Assembly: GCA_951406725.2 (NCBI GenBank)
Contig: OX597820.1
Span: 10,292,001-10,356,000 of the forward strand
Direction of reading: 5' to 3'
DNA from: Octopus vulgaris
Lineage: Eukaryota
Length of the DNA: 64,000 nucleotides
Shown: piece by piece, positions 12,853-26,074 of the stretch
Position numbering within the stretch: position 1 is the stretch's first letter
Layout of the letters: each line of letters opens with the position of its first letter
The notes under the pieces: model-generated
What the model saw: only the letters and a program-made list of their open reading frames with translations
Databases searched by the model: none
Told to the model about the DNA's origin: nothing
Made by a program: the position numbers and the translations under genes

Positions 12853-13270
12853 AGGCGCAGGAGTGGCTGTGTGGTAAGTAGCTTGCTAACCAACCACATG
12901 GTTCCGGGTTCAGTCCCACTGCGTGGCATCTTGGGCAAGTGTCGTCTGCTATAGCCCCGGGCCGACCAATGCCTTGTGAGTGGATTTGGCAGACGGAAAC
13001 TGAAAGAAGCCCGTCGTATATATGTATGTATGTGTATGTGTGTGTGTGTGTATGTGTTGTGTGTCTGTGTTTGTCCCCCTAGCATTGCTTGACAACCGAT
13101 GCTGGTGTGTTTAGGTGCCCGTCAATTAGCGGTTCGGCAAAAGAGACCGATAGAATAAGTACTGGGCTTACAAAGAATAAGTCCCGGGGTCGATTTGCTC
13201 GACTAAAGGCGGTGCTCCAGCATGGCCGCAGTCAAATGACTGAAACAAGTAAAAGAAAGTAAAAGAGTAA
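12853..13270 (+). mobile_element. SINE family A, full length
   Basis: As 6182-6600. Confidence 0.9.
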
Positions 13271-13589
13271 AGCAACAGTATTAAAATTTTTAAAGACAAC
13301 GATTGCTCTAATGGTGAATGCGACGACGATGTCGAAGCTGTGATTGTGACAATCAGTCTTGCAATATTGTTTCTGGGCAATTATTTAATGTTGGATTATC
13401 CGAACTTGTAGGAGATGGAGAATTTAGGTTTTAAACACGAGGCAAAATAATTCCTTTTAAACAGTCAAGTGTCTTTGCCGAAGTCTAAGTGTCTTTATAC
13501 AAATTATGGTGTCCAAACCTATGAGAAGAGGGTTTTGTGAGTGTTAGTTATGTGTGTGTAATGCTTAAATCATTCTTTTATCTTTTCTT

Positions 13590-14370
13590 CTTTCAATCAC
13601 TGGATTGCGGCCGTGCAGGGGCATCGCCTTGGAGGGTGTAATCGAACAAACCGACCTAGTACTTATTTTTTACTAGCAGTATCGCCCGGCGTTGCTCAGG
13701 TTTGTAAGGGAAATAACTATAAAGCATTTTTAGAGAGTTATAGCCAAAAAATAGCAAAAAAATGGGAAAAAAATTATGGTAAATTTTTTTTGAGAGTTAA
13801 AAAAGGTGGAGTTGCGTCCCCTAGACGGTCTGTGGTTTGGGTTTCTGATTCTCGACCCCATGTCGAATTTATCGATTTTTTTCAGAACTGGGGGAACTTT
13901 TCAAAATTTTCGCTGCGTTAGTTTTGAATTATGACATTGGGCTATGTGTGTGTCAAGTTTCATCAGAATCGGTTGAAAGCCGTGGTCAGGGTGAGGGTAC
14001 GAGAAAACAGACACACAGAAAACGCACAGACAAACTGCCGTTTATATAGAGAGAGATTTTAATTTTTTTAGTTGTAAAATCTGAATATTATTCCAGTGGG
14101 CTCATTTGCCGAGCCTCTATGTTTTGGGGCGCAAAGAAAGCAATACCTGTTGTCAAGCGGTGTTGGGGAGACAAACACAAACTCAAGTACACACACACAC
14201 ACATGTATACACGACGGTCTTTTTATAGTTTCCGTCTAACACATCCACTCTCAAGACTTTGGTCGTCCCAAAGCTGTAGTAAAAAAAACTTGCCTAAGGT
14301 GCCGTGTAGTGGGACTGAACCCGGAGCCAAGGGGTTGGGAAGCAACCTTCTTACCACACAACCAAGATTG
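13590..14370 (-). mobile_element. Diverged SINE family A interrupted by a Helitron
   Basis: Tail at 13590-13670, body and head at 14090-14370. Confidence 0.65.
13673..14056 (-). mobile_element. Non-autonomous Helitron
   Basis: Minus strand runs TCTCTCTCTATATAAA...CCTGAGCAACGCCGGGCGATACTGCTAG with an A|T insertion site; 3' end shared with 1329-1696. Confidence 0.8.
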
Positions 14371-15636
14371 CATATATGCATGAAATATATATTTTGTACT
14401 ATATGAAGCACCTGTGTATGTAAGTCTTACTAACAAGTATATATGCATCGAGTCAGTCCGTTCCTTATGTTGCGTTTCGAAGTACTTTCTCCTCTTAAAA
14501 GGAATTAAATCCAATTTGATATAAAAGCGTGAGCGTGTGCACTTTCTGGAAGAACGCGCATTCAGAATAGTTTTAAAACCACTTCCACGTTATTGCAGAT
14601 AATAAACTGAACCTTTCTTAATAAACCGCCTGAAGATAAAAACAACCCTCAAAACAAGAGCTTCTGTAATAGAAAATTTGCTACGAGATAGAATTATGCA
14701 TGTTGATTTATATCGAGTATCACCTTCTACTCACTCAACATAGAGATTTACGTGTGTACACGATAAACTTCTGTCAGTTTCTGTCTACTCACAGCGCTTT
14801 GCTCGACCCGGGGCTATTGTAGAATGCACTTGCTCAACTTGTCGTGCAGTGTGACTGAACCTAGAACTATGTGATCGGAAAAAAAACGCTTCTTACCACA
14901 AAGCCACGCTTCAATAAATTTTTTTAAAGAAATTGGTGATTTGAGAATGTGCTGATAAGATCAGAATTTTTTCATCTTAAATCTTGCGGTTACTTTAAAT
15001 ATTTTTTAAACTTAATCACGAATCTCTCGGGAAGTGCAAGAGGAAAGTGAATGCTGAAACAAAGAGAGAAAAAAAAACCATGCTTGAAAGCAAAATAAAA
15101 CTATACAAACCTTCACATGGTTTCTTAGTGTATTATATTCCGATATTGTATTCGCTTTTCTTCTTTTTGCTACACTTGAAACCAGAATCAGGACAGGTTT
15201 TGCAATTTAAGTTCACAGAATTACTGACGTAATCGATTGGGTATTTCTAAAGAACTACTAACAAACAAATAAGACTTTGAGAAGTTATTGATTACAAAAT
15301 TATTGATTCTTTTGATAATGCACGCTACTCCTGATTGTGAAGGAAAAAAACACTGTAACAAAATGAATTTAAACATAATAATACTGGGACCTCTGGTATC
15401 AGACCTAAATAAATAAAACTGATAATTCAACGATGATCGGATTTGAACAGACAAACTGATTGAAAAGAACATCTAAAACCATTAATTTCAGTGCCACTGT
15501 GTCAGTAGCCAGGTCGCAGTTTGTGAGACCAAATGTAGACTCAAAATAATGTTTACCTTAAGTTTAATCTAGCAATTTTTGTTATGTGTGTGTTTTTTGA
15601 TTGGCTTATTTGTATTTCAAAGCAAATACAACTCAC

Positions 15637-15702
15637 AACAATTTCAAATCCAGTTGGTATGTTACTGGATCCAGCGCTTCCATCAGCTTCCTCAATATTC
15701 TT
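15637..15702 (-). CDS. Weak candidate 66-nt exon
   Basis: ttctttcaAG acceptor and GTT|gtgagt donor; open in two frames (KNIEEADGSAGSSNIPTGFEIV or RILRKLMEALDPVTYQLDLKL). Confidence 0.2.
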
Positions 15703-15847
15703 CTTGAAAGAACACGCACGTACAAGCACATAATATTTCATATGAATGAACCTTCATGTTTAAATTCCGATATTGTATGTGTGTGTGTGTGTGCATGTGT
15801 GTGTACATATGCACACGTGTATGTTGTGTGAATGTGTGTATACATAA

Positions 15848-16040
15848 TCTATTATATAAAATCCGCTCTGTCTGTGTGTCTGTCTTCTAGGATCTCGGGC
15901 ATCCTCCATCCGATTGCGCTCAAATTTGATATGTAGATACCGACGTTATCAGGGCGTGTATAAGTCTTGAAAAAAGTACAAAGATCGATTCCAGGTGAGA
16001 ATGCGATCGATAAAACTGCGGGAATAGACGAAAGTCTATC
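15848..16040 (+). mobile_element. Helitron-like 5' fragment
   Basis: A|TCTATTATATAAAATCCG start followed by ctgtctgtgtgtctgtc, like the other Helitron 5' ends; no 3' CTRR found. Confidence 0.45.
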
Positions 16041-16213
16041 TTTATTTCTTCTTTGGCTGGTATCTCAAATTTAGGTTAAATCAGTGTTTCTCAAAGGGGA
16101 ACCCTATGGGACGGTCGGACAAGTTGTTTTGAGAAAATTTGGTTTAAATGTTTGACAGCTCGGCACTATCCATTGGACGGGAGGGGGGCGTTTTGCTCGT
16201 ACATACATATATG

Positions 16214-16318
<105 letters not shown>

Positions 16319-17305
16319 TACGTGCATTTCCACATATCACATGCTTCTTATGTTCATAGTCTGTATTCGTGGGACGCTTACACTACAGTCCTTAGTATCC
16401 ATAGACATTGGATGGATCATATTCGTGTGTTCATTTCCTCAGGTGATATGGCATTACCGTCAGAAGCGAATGTATAACTTAATGTTATCAATTTTGTCCG
16501 ATAAAAAACTTGATTGGGTTATGTGGGCAGTTCTGTGTGGGGAGGAGTAGAAGATGGTCGAAAAAGAGAAAGGAATGGTAATTATAAAAGAGAGGGAGGA
16601 GTATGTGGTGATTAGTAGAAACGCGCGTAGCGATGCCTTAAAAAATATTTATAAATTCTATCCATAACGAGCTGGCGGAATCGTTAACAGGTTGGATGAA
16701 ATGATTAGCCGTATTTTTGAGTTCGAATTCGACCGAGGGCGACTTTGCGTTTTATACTTTCGGGGTCGATAAATTAAGTAGCAGTGAAACACTATGGTCA
16801 ATACAATCGACTAGTCCCCTCTCCCAAAATTTCAGGCCTTGTGCCTATAGTAGAAAGGGGTTATTATCATTACTATATGTACCTTACATCATATCGCCAC
16901 AGCTCGGTGCAACCCCCAAAAAACTGCTACTGCCAGATGGCATCACCAGGCTGTAGTCGGCATAATAAAATGGGACCTTTTATATGCATTCCCAAAAACG
17001 TTTCCCATAAACGAACTTAAAATATATATGTATGTATATACATACATACATACGTACACACATACATACACATACACACACACATATAATGGTGTCATAG
17101 TACAAATAGAACAAAGAGAATAAGCAAAGGACAGAGGTATAACGTGTGGGGTTACATAGATAGACAAAAGTTAGAGGATTGTGGGTCGAATAGCGGGAAA
17201 GAAAAAAAGGTGATCGACATTTCAGTTGATCCTCCAACAAAGTAGAGTAACAAGATAAAAGCAGCAAGAAAGGAAACGACATTTATTTGAAGCACAGAAA
17301 CAAAG

Positions 17306-17348
<43 letters not shown>

Positions 17349-17473
17349 CACTCCTATGAAAGTACAAAACAATATATATGGTCGTGTATATTTGGTTGTA
17401 TATATATATATATTATATTGTATACATATATTATTATTATTATTATTCAGGTCACTGTCTGGAATCGAACTCG

Positions 17474-17915
<442 letters not shown>

Positions 17916-18636
17916 TCGTATATTACTAAAGAGATATATTAGTCTAACGAGATACCGTATGCCTTACAAATTCCTAACAAGTACGCAAAACTAGCCAAAA
18001 TCAGTAATACTCGCAGCGCAACGTCTTGTCAATCTACCGAAAGTAAATTGAAAAATTTTAAATCCATTCTCTTTGTAAAGAACAGGAAATCGTTCAAACG
18101 TCATTATAAAAGAAGTCATGTGATGATAAAAAGAAAGAAAAAAGAAGAGAGAGAGAGAGAGAGAGAGAGAGGGGTGGGGTGGGGTGGGGGTGGGGAATAT
18201 AGCAATCAATTGTCGAGCAGGATTTCGTACGTGACCTAATTTTTCCGATGCGTATTCTCCGATATCTTTAATTATTCTCCGTTGAAAGTAAGATATAAAT
18301 GCCACACTTAATGTTCCCGAACCAACTCTTGAAATAGTACGAGGTTGCAAACGAAAATAACTTCGATTTTCTCTAACAAGCTGCGCTGAGAAGATATGAA
18401 GTGATCCTTGTCTTGATAAGAAATTTACAAAATATCTCTTGCATTTTTGGGTCTTTAATTAATTAAATAAATAGTTAATTGTTTTATTAATTCTATGTTC
18501 TCCGCTATTTATATATTTTCCCAAACACTTGTAGCTACATATATCATAGCCTAACATAATAATATAATATAGTTCTATATTTAAGAGACGAAGAATTATG
18601 TACATTATTTACGTTACTTACATTATTTACATTCGA

Positions 18637-18682
18637 CCGAGTTCGATTCCATGCAGTGACCTGAATAATAATAATAATAATG

Positions 18683-18725
<43 letters not shown>

Positions 18726-18745
18726 TAATAATAATAATAATAATA

Positions 18746-18809
<64 letters not shown>

Positions 18810-19020
18810 TAATAATAATAATAATATTAATAATAATAATAATAATAATGATAATAATAATAATATTAACAATAATAATAATGATAATAATGATAATAAT
18901 AATTAATATTAATAATAATAATAATAATAATAATAATGATAATAATAATAATATTAACAATAATAATAATGATAATAATAATAATAATGATAATAATAAT
19001 AATAATATTAATAATATTTG

Positions 19021-19083
<63 letters not shown>

Positions 19084-19240
19084 TCGAAAAATACCTTAGG
19101 AATGAGAACCAAGTTTCGAAATTTCCCGCAGACACCTGATGAAGGCTGGAGGGTATATCAGCCGAAACGATGTGTTAACAACAAACAAGATGAGGACAAA
19201 TATCCGTCAAATGTAAATAATGTAAATAACGTATAATATA
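18637..19240 (+). mobile_element. B-box + (AAT)n + hammerhead-bearing tail element
   Basis: CGAGTTCGATTCC B-box at ~18638, (AAT)n at 18664-19082, hammerhead motif at 19131-19176; inverted copy of the 3' tail at ~18598-18637; inverted head fragment at 17441-17473. Confidence 0.55.
19131..19176 (+). ncRNA. Minimal type I hammerhead ribozyme motif (U16.1 mutated)
   Basis: GACAC-CUGAUGA-A-GGCUG(loop)CAGCC-GAAAC-GAU-GUGUU; stem I GACAC/GUGUU. Confidence 0.6.
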
Positions 19241-19411
19241 CTATAATATAATATAATGCATACATGACTATAGCCTTTGTGTTGAAACGCGTAAAAGAAT
19301 AAAAGAATGCATACACACACGTTTTTAAGTAGTGAATATCTGTCTTCCATATTGAAATTGTCTCAGATGAAATCACGTGCAAGGAAAGTGAAACGGTACC
19401 TCTCCCCATTA

Positions 19412-19643
19412 GGGCGGCGAGCTGGCAGAAACGTTAGCACGCCGGGTGAAATGCGTAGCCGTATTTCGTCTGTCGTTACGTTGTGAGTTCAAATTCCGCC
19501 GAGGTCGACTTTGCCTTTCATCCTTTCGGGGTCGATAAATTAAGTACCTGTCACGCACTGGAGTCGATGTAATCGACTTAATACCTATGTCTGTCTTAGT
19601 TTGTCCCCTCTGTGTTTAGACCCTTGTAGGTAATAAAGAAATA
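19412..19643 (+). mobile_element. SINE family B, full length with 16-bp TSD
   Basis: TSD GGTACCTCTCCCCATT at 19395-19410 and 19644-19659. Confidence 0.92.
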
Positions 19644-19899
19644 GGTACCTCTCCCCATTTATTTAACCGACACTTCCCCCAGATTCCTATTGGATCTTCG
19701 TACTCTTTCGGACTCTACCGCCATGGATCTTACCGGCTATTTTCGCTGATGTATATCGTACTAATCGAACACAAACTTTGAACTTTCTGAACTTTTGAAC
19801 TTCGTACATTAATAACTGCCATTTTCTCTCTTTTGTTTCCTATTTTTAAATCTTTTTTCTTCTATCCCTCTTCCCAGCATCCCTATCATAAATCCTCCG

Positions 19900-20418
19900 T
19901 CGACCACCTACAAAATCGCATCAAAAATCACCCAACTACGCTTCCCTTCCGTTGCTTTCAACCTTCTATTAATCTTTCCCGACTCATTTCCAAATAAAAG
20001 CGATTCTCTAGTCACGTTTCCTTTCTCAGCCGCTGCCTTCATCGCATCCTCATCGCAAATACTTCCTCCTCCATTTCCACCATGCCTCTCATTCTGCTTC
20101 TACCTTCTCACACACCCTCACTTCCACTTCCTCCCGCCTCATGCGTGCCAACATCCGTTCTAATCTCTCCAAAATACACACCCTTCACCACCTTCTCCCT
20201 CTTGCTTATTCCCCTTTCTTTTCCTGCTGCACACCGTCCGTCGCTAACTCCAGCTTACGCTTCATTCTCTACCGAAACCACTTTCTACGCGACTCTCTTG
20301 CTCGCACTAAACAATCGCCGAAGTGCGTAGGCTCGAAATGTCAGAAACTTTCCCATTCTTTCCGAGCGTTAAACTGATACCCTTGCTTGTTGTCCTTCGC
20401 TTGTCTTCATCTTTTGTT

Positions 20419-20425
<7 letters not shown>
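19900..20425 (+). pseudogene. Decayed Penelope-like element, N-terminal ORF fragment plus pLTR-like end
   Basis: SHVSFLSRCL...SRLMRANIRSNLSKI resembles the PLE N-terminal 'H..FL..C' region; followed by a degenerate hammerhead (gcgtaggctcgaaatgtc) and a tail homologous to 33181-33345, ending in (TA)n. Confidence 0.4.
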
Positions 20426-20496
<71 letters not shown>

Positions 20497-20580
20497 ATTC
20501 GAGACAAAACCACTATTTTAAAACCAAACAAGGAAAGACTTAATCAATACATAAAATTTTAATATAAATTAAATAAACCG

Positions 20581-20624
20581 CCACTACAAATGTTTCATGT
20601 CTGCTACCGACAATCTTCAGGTGG
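20581..20624 (-). ncRNA. Minimal hammerhead ribozyme, intact core
   Basis: Minus strand CCAC-CUGAAGA-U-UGUC(ggtagca)GACA-U-GAAAC-AUUU-GUA-GUGG; lies between perfect 57-bp inverted repeats at 20491-20547 / 20654-20710. Confidence 0.7.
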
Positions 20625-20795
20625 ATTTTCGATCTTCTAATCAGTATCAAATTTTGATTAAGTCTTTCCTTGTTTGGTTTTAAAATAGTGGTTTTGTCTC
20701 GAATTATATTATATAATATTTTACTATAAAATTGGATTTAACCCTAAATCTGATTTTTTCCCTGTAATTTTGGATTCATTCCCTAATATTTATTA

Positions 20796-20852
<57 letters not shown>

Positions 20853-21222
20853 ACTGTCTTACATTCCTCCCCACCATAACCAGAATCTATAAAATGATTA
20901 AAATCCCCAGCAAAGGAACTTATTATCATTTGAAAACCCCACTAGAATGGGAGAAAGCGCTAATGAACTTAGTGATATGATATATATGTAAAAAATGTAA
21001 TATATAAATAAATAAATATCTGTGAATACAAACCATCCGATCTTCTGATTACCTCATTTCTTCTAATATATATACATATATATATATATATAACTTATAA
21101 AATAAGGGCAAAAGAAAAAATTCTAATGCCAAATATGCCGAAAAAAAGACAAAATTGTCAATAACCATTATAATTTATGCGTCTCGAAACAAGCCGATAG
21201 AAATTTCTAAAAAATCCGTTAT

Positions 21223-21281
21223 TACCGTATTGGTTCCAATTTCGGGGTTAATTCATAAGAATTTCCCTCTCTTCAGCGATA
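21223..21281 (-). ncRNA. Hammerhead ribozyme motif, intact core
   Basis: Minus strand UAUCG-CUGAAGA-GAGGG...CCCC-GAAA-UUGG-AA-CCAA-UA-CGGUA; stems I, II and III all pair; AUA cleavage triplet. Confidence 0.7.
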
Positions 21282-21518
21282 AATATGTAAGACATAAATG
21301 AAATACTTACTCATACCCATGGAAAAAGCAAGTACTAAGTCCTGCGCAGACCTAAGTACCCCAAATATATCCAAAATAGAAAATCTTCGGCACATCTCAA
21401 GACACGTGTGATTCGAACTAGAAACTTTCACAGAGTGAGAGAATCCGGAAGTGAACACTTAAATTTACAATATGCTGGCCATTGATAAAATTTTTTTTTC
21501 GAAAAAGATTTTATCCTA

Positions 21519-21632
<114 letters not shown>

Positions 21633-22292
21633 GGATTATCAGAAGTGTTCTAAGCCTTTTGAAAGACTACTGAAAACGTGTGGATACCTAAGTTTGCAGG
21701 CTGTAAACCGTTAACCACATAAACTTGCCAGGAATAAAACGAAACCTTAGTTTTGTTTCCTGTTCAACTGTAGGCACAAGGTCCAAAATTTTGAGGGAGG
21801 GGGGGTCTGGTCGCGTACATCAACTCCAGTATTTCTCTGGTATTTAATTTATCGATCCCTGACCCCGAAAGGATGAAAAGGAAAAGTCGACCTCGGTGGA
21901 ATTTGAACTCAGACCGTAAAGACGCACAAAATGCCTATAACCATTTGTACCCGACGCGCTAAGGATTCTGCCATCTTGCCACTGTAAACATCCTTAATAT
22001 TAACAAAAAAATCGGCGGTGACATGTGAAAATCAGAAATAACGATATCACCCCCACCAAAACAAAGGCAATTTAATTAAAATCGGTGGTACATCCATTAC
22101 AAGAAAAACCACTCAGAGACATTAATTGCTTACATCTGAACTTATTACTAAATCTGCTGATTAAACACCGCCATTTATTACTGATGAGAACATACATCGA
22201 ATATATTGTCTTCGTGAATGACTTGAGACTATAACAATGCTTGTATGATATATCCGCAATATGAATAACTTAAGAATATAACAATGGGTAAT

Positions 22293-22671
22293 GGATGGAA
22301 GCACTCCGTCGATTACGACGACGAGGGTCCCGGTTGATCCGATCAACAGAACAGACTGCTCGTGAAATTAACGTGCAAGTGGCTGAGCACTCCACAGACA
22401 CGTGTACCCTTAACGTAGTTCTCGGGGATATTCAGCGTGACACAGAGAGTGACAAGGCCGGCCCTTTGAAATACAGGCACAACAGAAACAGGAAGTAAGA
22501 GTGAGAGAAAGTTGTACAGCAGGGATCACCACCATCCCCTGCCGGAGCCTCGTGGAACTTCTTAGGTGTTTTCGCTCAATAAACACTCACAACGCCCAGT
22601 CTGGGAATCGAAACCGCGATCCTACGACCGCGAGTCCGCTGCCCTAACCACTGGGTCATTGCGCCTCCTAC
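22293..22671 (-). mobile_element. tRNA-derived SINE family C (tail type 1) with 13-bp TSD
   Basis: Head GGAGGCGCAATG.CCCAGTGGTTAGGGCAGCGGACTCGCGG...GGTTTCGATTCCC; TSD AACAATGGGTAAT at 22280-22292 and 22672-22684. Confidence 0.9.
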
Positions 22672-22821
22672 AACAATGGGTAATAGTCAGTTGGAAAAGC
22701 TACTAAAATTCTGTTAATGCGTCCGGATGAGCATAAGTGTGCCAACGCTAATGTAAGGTGTACATACTTTGAAATTTCTAATGTTAAATTAGATAGAGAC
22801 CAGAATAAGAACTACACTTAT

Positions 22822-23136
22822 AAATCACCCTGATCACTGTGACCGACCAGGCTATCAGATGTTACTACACATCGCTGGTCACAATGCGCTTCGCATTGTT
22901 TTAGCCTTCAAATGGCGCCACCCCGCTGGCTAAGAGATCAGGCCAACAGAAGAAAGAGTGAGCAAAAGTCGTGGTGAAAGAGTACACCAGGGATCGCCAC
23001 TACCCCCTGCCGGAGTTTCGTGGAGCTTTAGGTGTTTTCGCTCAATAAACACTCACAACACCCGGTCTGGGTATCGAAACCGCGATCCTACGACCGCGAG
23101 TCCGCTGCCCAAACCACTGAGCCATTGCGCTTCCAC
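22822..23136 (-). mobile_element. SINE family C head with a different tail (type 2)
   Basis: Same head as 22293-22671, unrelated 3' ~140 bp; possible TSD ACACTTAT at 22814-22821 and 23137-23144. Confidence 0.8.
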
Positions 23137-23984
23137 ACACTTATCAATATATTGTCGTAAATACTACTGAGAAGACGCAACGCAAACATGAAAGACAAAA
23201 TGAAGAAAGGAATCAGACAACTATTATGGAGTGAACAAACGCTAGAAATAAAGAGCGCCTATAAATATGCAAGTGAAGGCTCTTGGCCTAGTGGTTGTGG
23301 TGTAGCGCTCATGATCGTAAGCTCATTGTTTCGATTCCAGGAGAGGGCGGTATGTAGTCGTCTTCACCAAAATATTTCATGTCACGTTGCGCCAGTCAAC
23401 GCAGCTGTAAACGCCTTCCAGAATTAGCTAGGAAGTTAACGTTGTGATGGGTAGTGTTGTAATCTCAGTTATTTACATAACATGGAGACCTGGTTAAGCT
23501 GTGGCCTTATGATTTTTAGGGCTTATTAAAAACTAAAAAAAAAAAAAACGATAGGCACCCAGTCGAAAGTTATACTTTAAACAATAAACAATAAACTGGA
23601 TGTTTAGTAAATGAAAGAGATTGGATAAATAAACGAACATAAAACAAGAAATTACTGAAATGTTTTCGAGCTCCCACTCCTAAAATTTATATCGATTTAC
23701 CGCTTTCCTGAAATTGCAGGCCTCGTGCCAAAATTTGAAACTAATACAGGTACATCAACAATAGTTTTGAGGAGAGGGGCCGAAGAAATACTATCGTCCT
23801 CAAGATTTGGCATGTATTTCATTGTATCTGTCCTGGGGAGGACGAAAATCAAAGTTGACTCCGGTGGAATTTGAATTCAAAATGTAAACTCTGGGAAGAA
23901 ATAGTGTAAGGCCTTTTGTTTGATGGTTAACAATTTTGCCTGCTCGCCATCTAACTACTCTTAATATATTATAAGATTGGGGTT

Positions 23985-24875
23985 GTGAGCTGGCAGAAAT
24001 GTTAGCACGCCGGGCGAAATGCTTAGCAGTATTTCGTCTGCCGTTACGTTCTGAGCTCAAATTCCGCCGGGGTTGACTTTGCCTTTCATCCTTTCGGGGG
24101 TCGATAAATTAAATAACAGTTACGCACTGGGGTCGATATAATCGACTTAATCCGTTTGTCTGTCCTTGTTTGTCCCCTCTATGTTTAGCCCCTTGTGGGC
24201 AATGAAGAAATAAGAAACGTTAGCAGCGAAATGCTTAGCGTATTTCATCCGTCTTCACGTTCTGAGTTGAAATTCCACCGAGGTCAACTTTGCCTTTTAT
24301 CCTTACGGGGTCGATAAATTAAGCACCAGTTGCGCACTGGGGTCGATCTAATCGACTGGCCCCCTCCCACCAAAATTTCGGGCCTTGTGCCTAGAGTAGA
24401 AAAGAATATATTATCAGATTATCTTTACGTTCTGAGTTCAAATTCCGCCGAGGTCGACTTGGCCTTTCATCCTTTCGGGGTCGATAAATTAAGTACCGGT
24501 TACGCACTGGGGTCGAGGTAATTGACTTAATCCGTTTGCCTGTCCTTGTCTGTCCTCTCTGTGTTTAGCCCCTTGTGGGTAGTAAAGAAATAAGTATTTC
24601 GTCTGCCGTTACGTTCTGAGTTCAAATTCCGCCGAGGTCGACTTTGCTTTTCATCCTTTCGGAGTCGATAAATTAAGTACCAGTTACGCACTGGGGTCGA
24701 TATAATCGACTTAATCCGTTTGTCTGTCCAGTGGGTAACTGGTACATAATTTATCAACCTCGAAAGAATGAAAGGCAAAGTCTACCTCGGCGGAATTTGA
24801 ACTCAGAACGTAACGGCAGACGAAATACCGCTAAGCATTCCGCCCGGCGTGCTAACGATTTTGCCGGCTCGCCAC
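23985..24875. mobile_element. Cluster of SINE family B copies (tandem + copies followed by a - copy)
   Basis: Four partial or full + units at 23985-24730, inverted unit at 24730-24875. Confidence 0.85.
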
Positions 24876-25723
24876 TTCTTTAAAAATAGTATTAATAATA
24901 AACCGTGATCCGGAGCTTAAATACGATAACCAAATATGAGGAAACCCGAAAGTTTCAGAAGAAAAAAAATATTGTTCTCGTGAGTACTGTCCTCACCCAA
25001 AGAAAAGTACAGTTGATCTAAGAATATCTGATGCTCTTAAAACTCTTTCAAATTTGAAATAATACAAATTCACAGACCCATCGTTCTCACACTCTGGTTT
25101 TCTTTCCTTACGGCATATCATTGCAAATCGTGAATAACACCCACTTTTAAACGCACAGCTTTAACCGTTACGTGGAGTTTATGAAAGGGACAGAGCACAC
25201 CTTATATAAAACAAAGCAACGACAACAGATTATAATTACAATAATAAAATAGAAATTTCAGTGAAAGATATACATCACACATATCTGTAGCGACATTCAA
25301 CGAAAAGGTGCTTCGTGCATTTATACTTAAAACAAAAAAATACGTAGTTTTAAACTTCAAATCGCATATTACCACTGATATGGTGACTAGAAAAGAAGGA
25401 CTGCATAAAAACAGTAATAAAAATGATGATATATGTGTGTGTGTGTGTGCATGTATATATTCATGCATATATATACATGCATATATACACATGCATATAT
25501 AGACATGCACATATGCACATGCATATATACACATGCATATATATACATGTATATATATATACATGCATATATATACATATATATACATGTATATATATAC
25601 ATGCATATATATAAATGCATATATGTATATACATGCATGTATATCCATTATATAATTACATACATACATACATATATATATATTTAAAAAAGGAGATGTG
25701 GAACACGAGTTGTGATATATAAA

Positions 25724-26033
25724 AAAAGGAAATGAAGAAAATGCTGACAAAATAATTTAAGTAAGGGAGAGTGTATTTAATTAGGTGAAAGTTCTTTTTA
25801 CCGGTTGCGCATTTGTTATGCTTATCAAAAGATATTTTTTAAGAGAGATAGAGTTCCTTTCTGATAGATTTTTTCTCTTATAAGAGAAAAAAATCTACCA
25901 GGAAGGAACTCTATCTCTCTTAAAAAATATCTTTTGATAAGCATAACAAATGCGCAACCGGTAAAAAGAACTTTCACCTAATTAAATACACTCTCCCTTA
26001 CTTAAATTATTTTGTCAGCATTTTCTTCATTTC

Positions 26034-26038
<5 letters not shown>
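25724..26038. repeat. Near-perfect spacerless ~315 bp palindrome in a (TA)n context
   Basis: Centre TCTCTTA|TAAGAGA at 25880/25881; by eye only two substitutions and one indel between the arms. Confidence 0.9.

Positions 26039-26074
<36 letters not shown>

Noticed and set aside
12816-13085. Recurring peptide RRHLPKMPRSGTEPGTMWLVSKLL (apparent gene family)
   Set aside because: Antisense translation of SINE A; recurs only because the SINE does.
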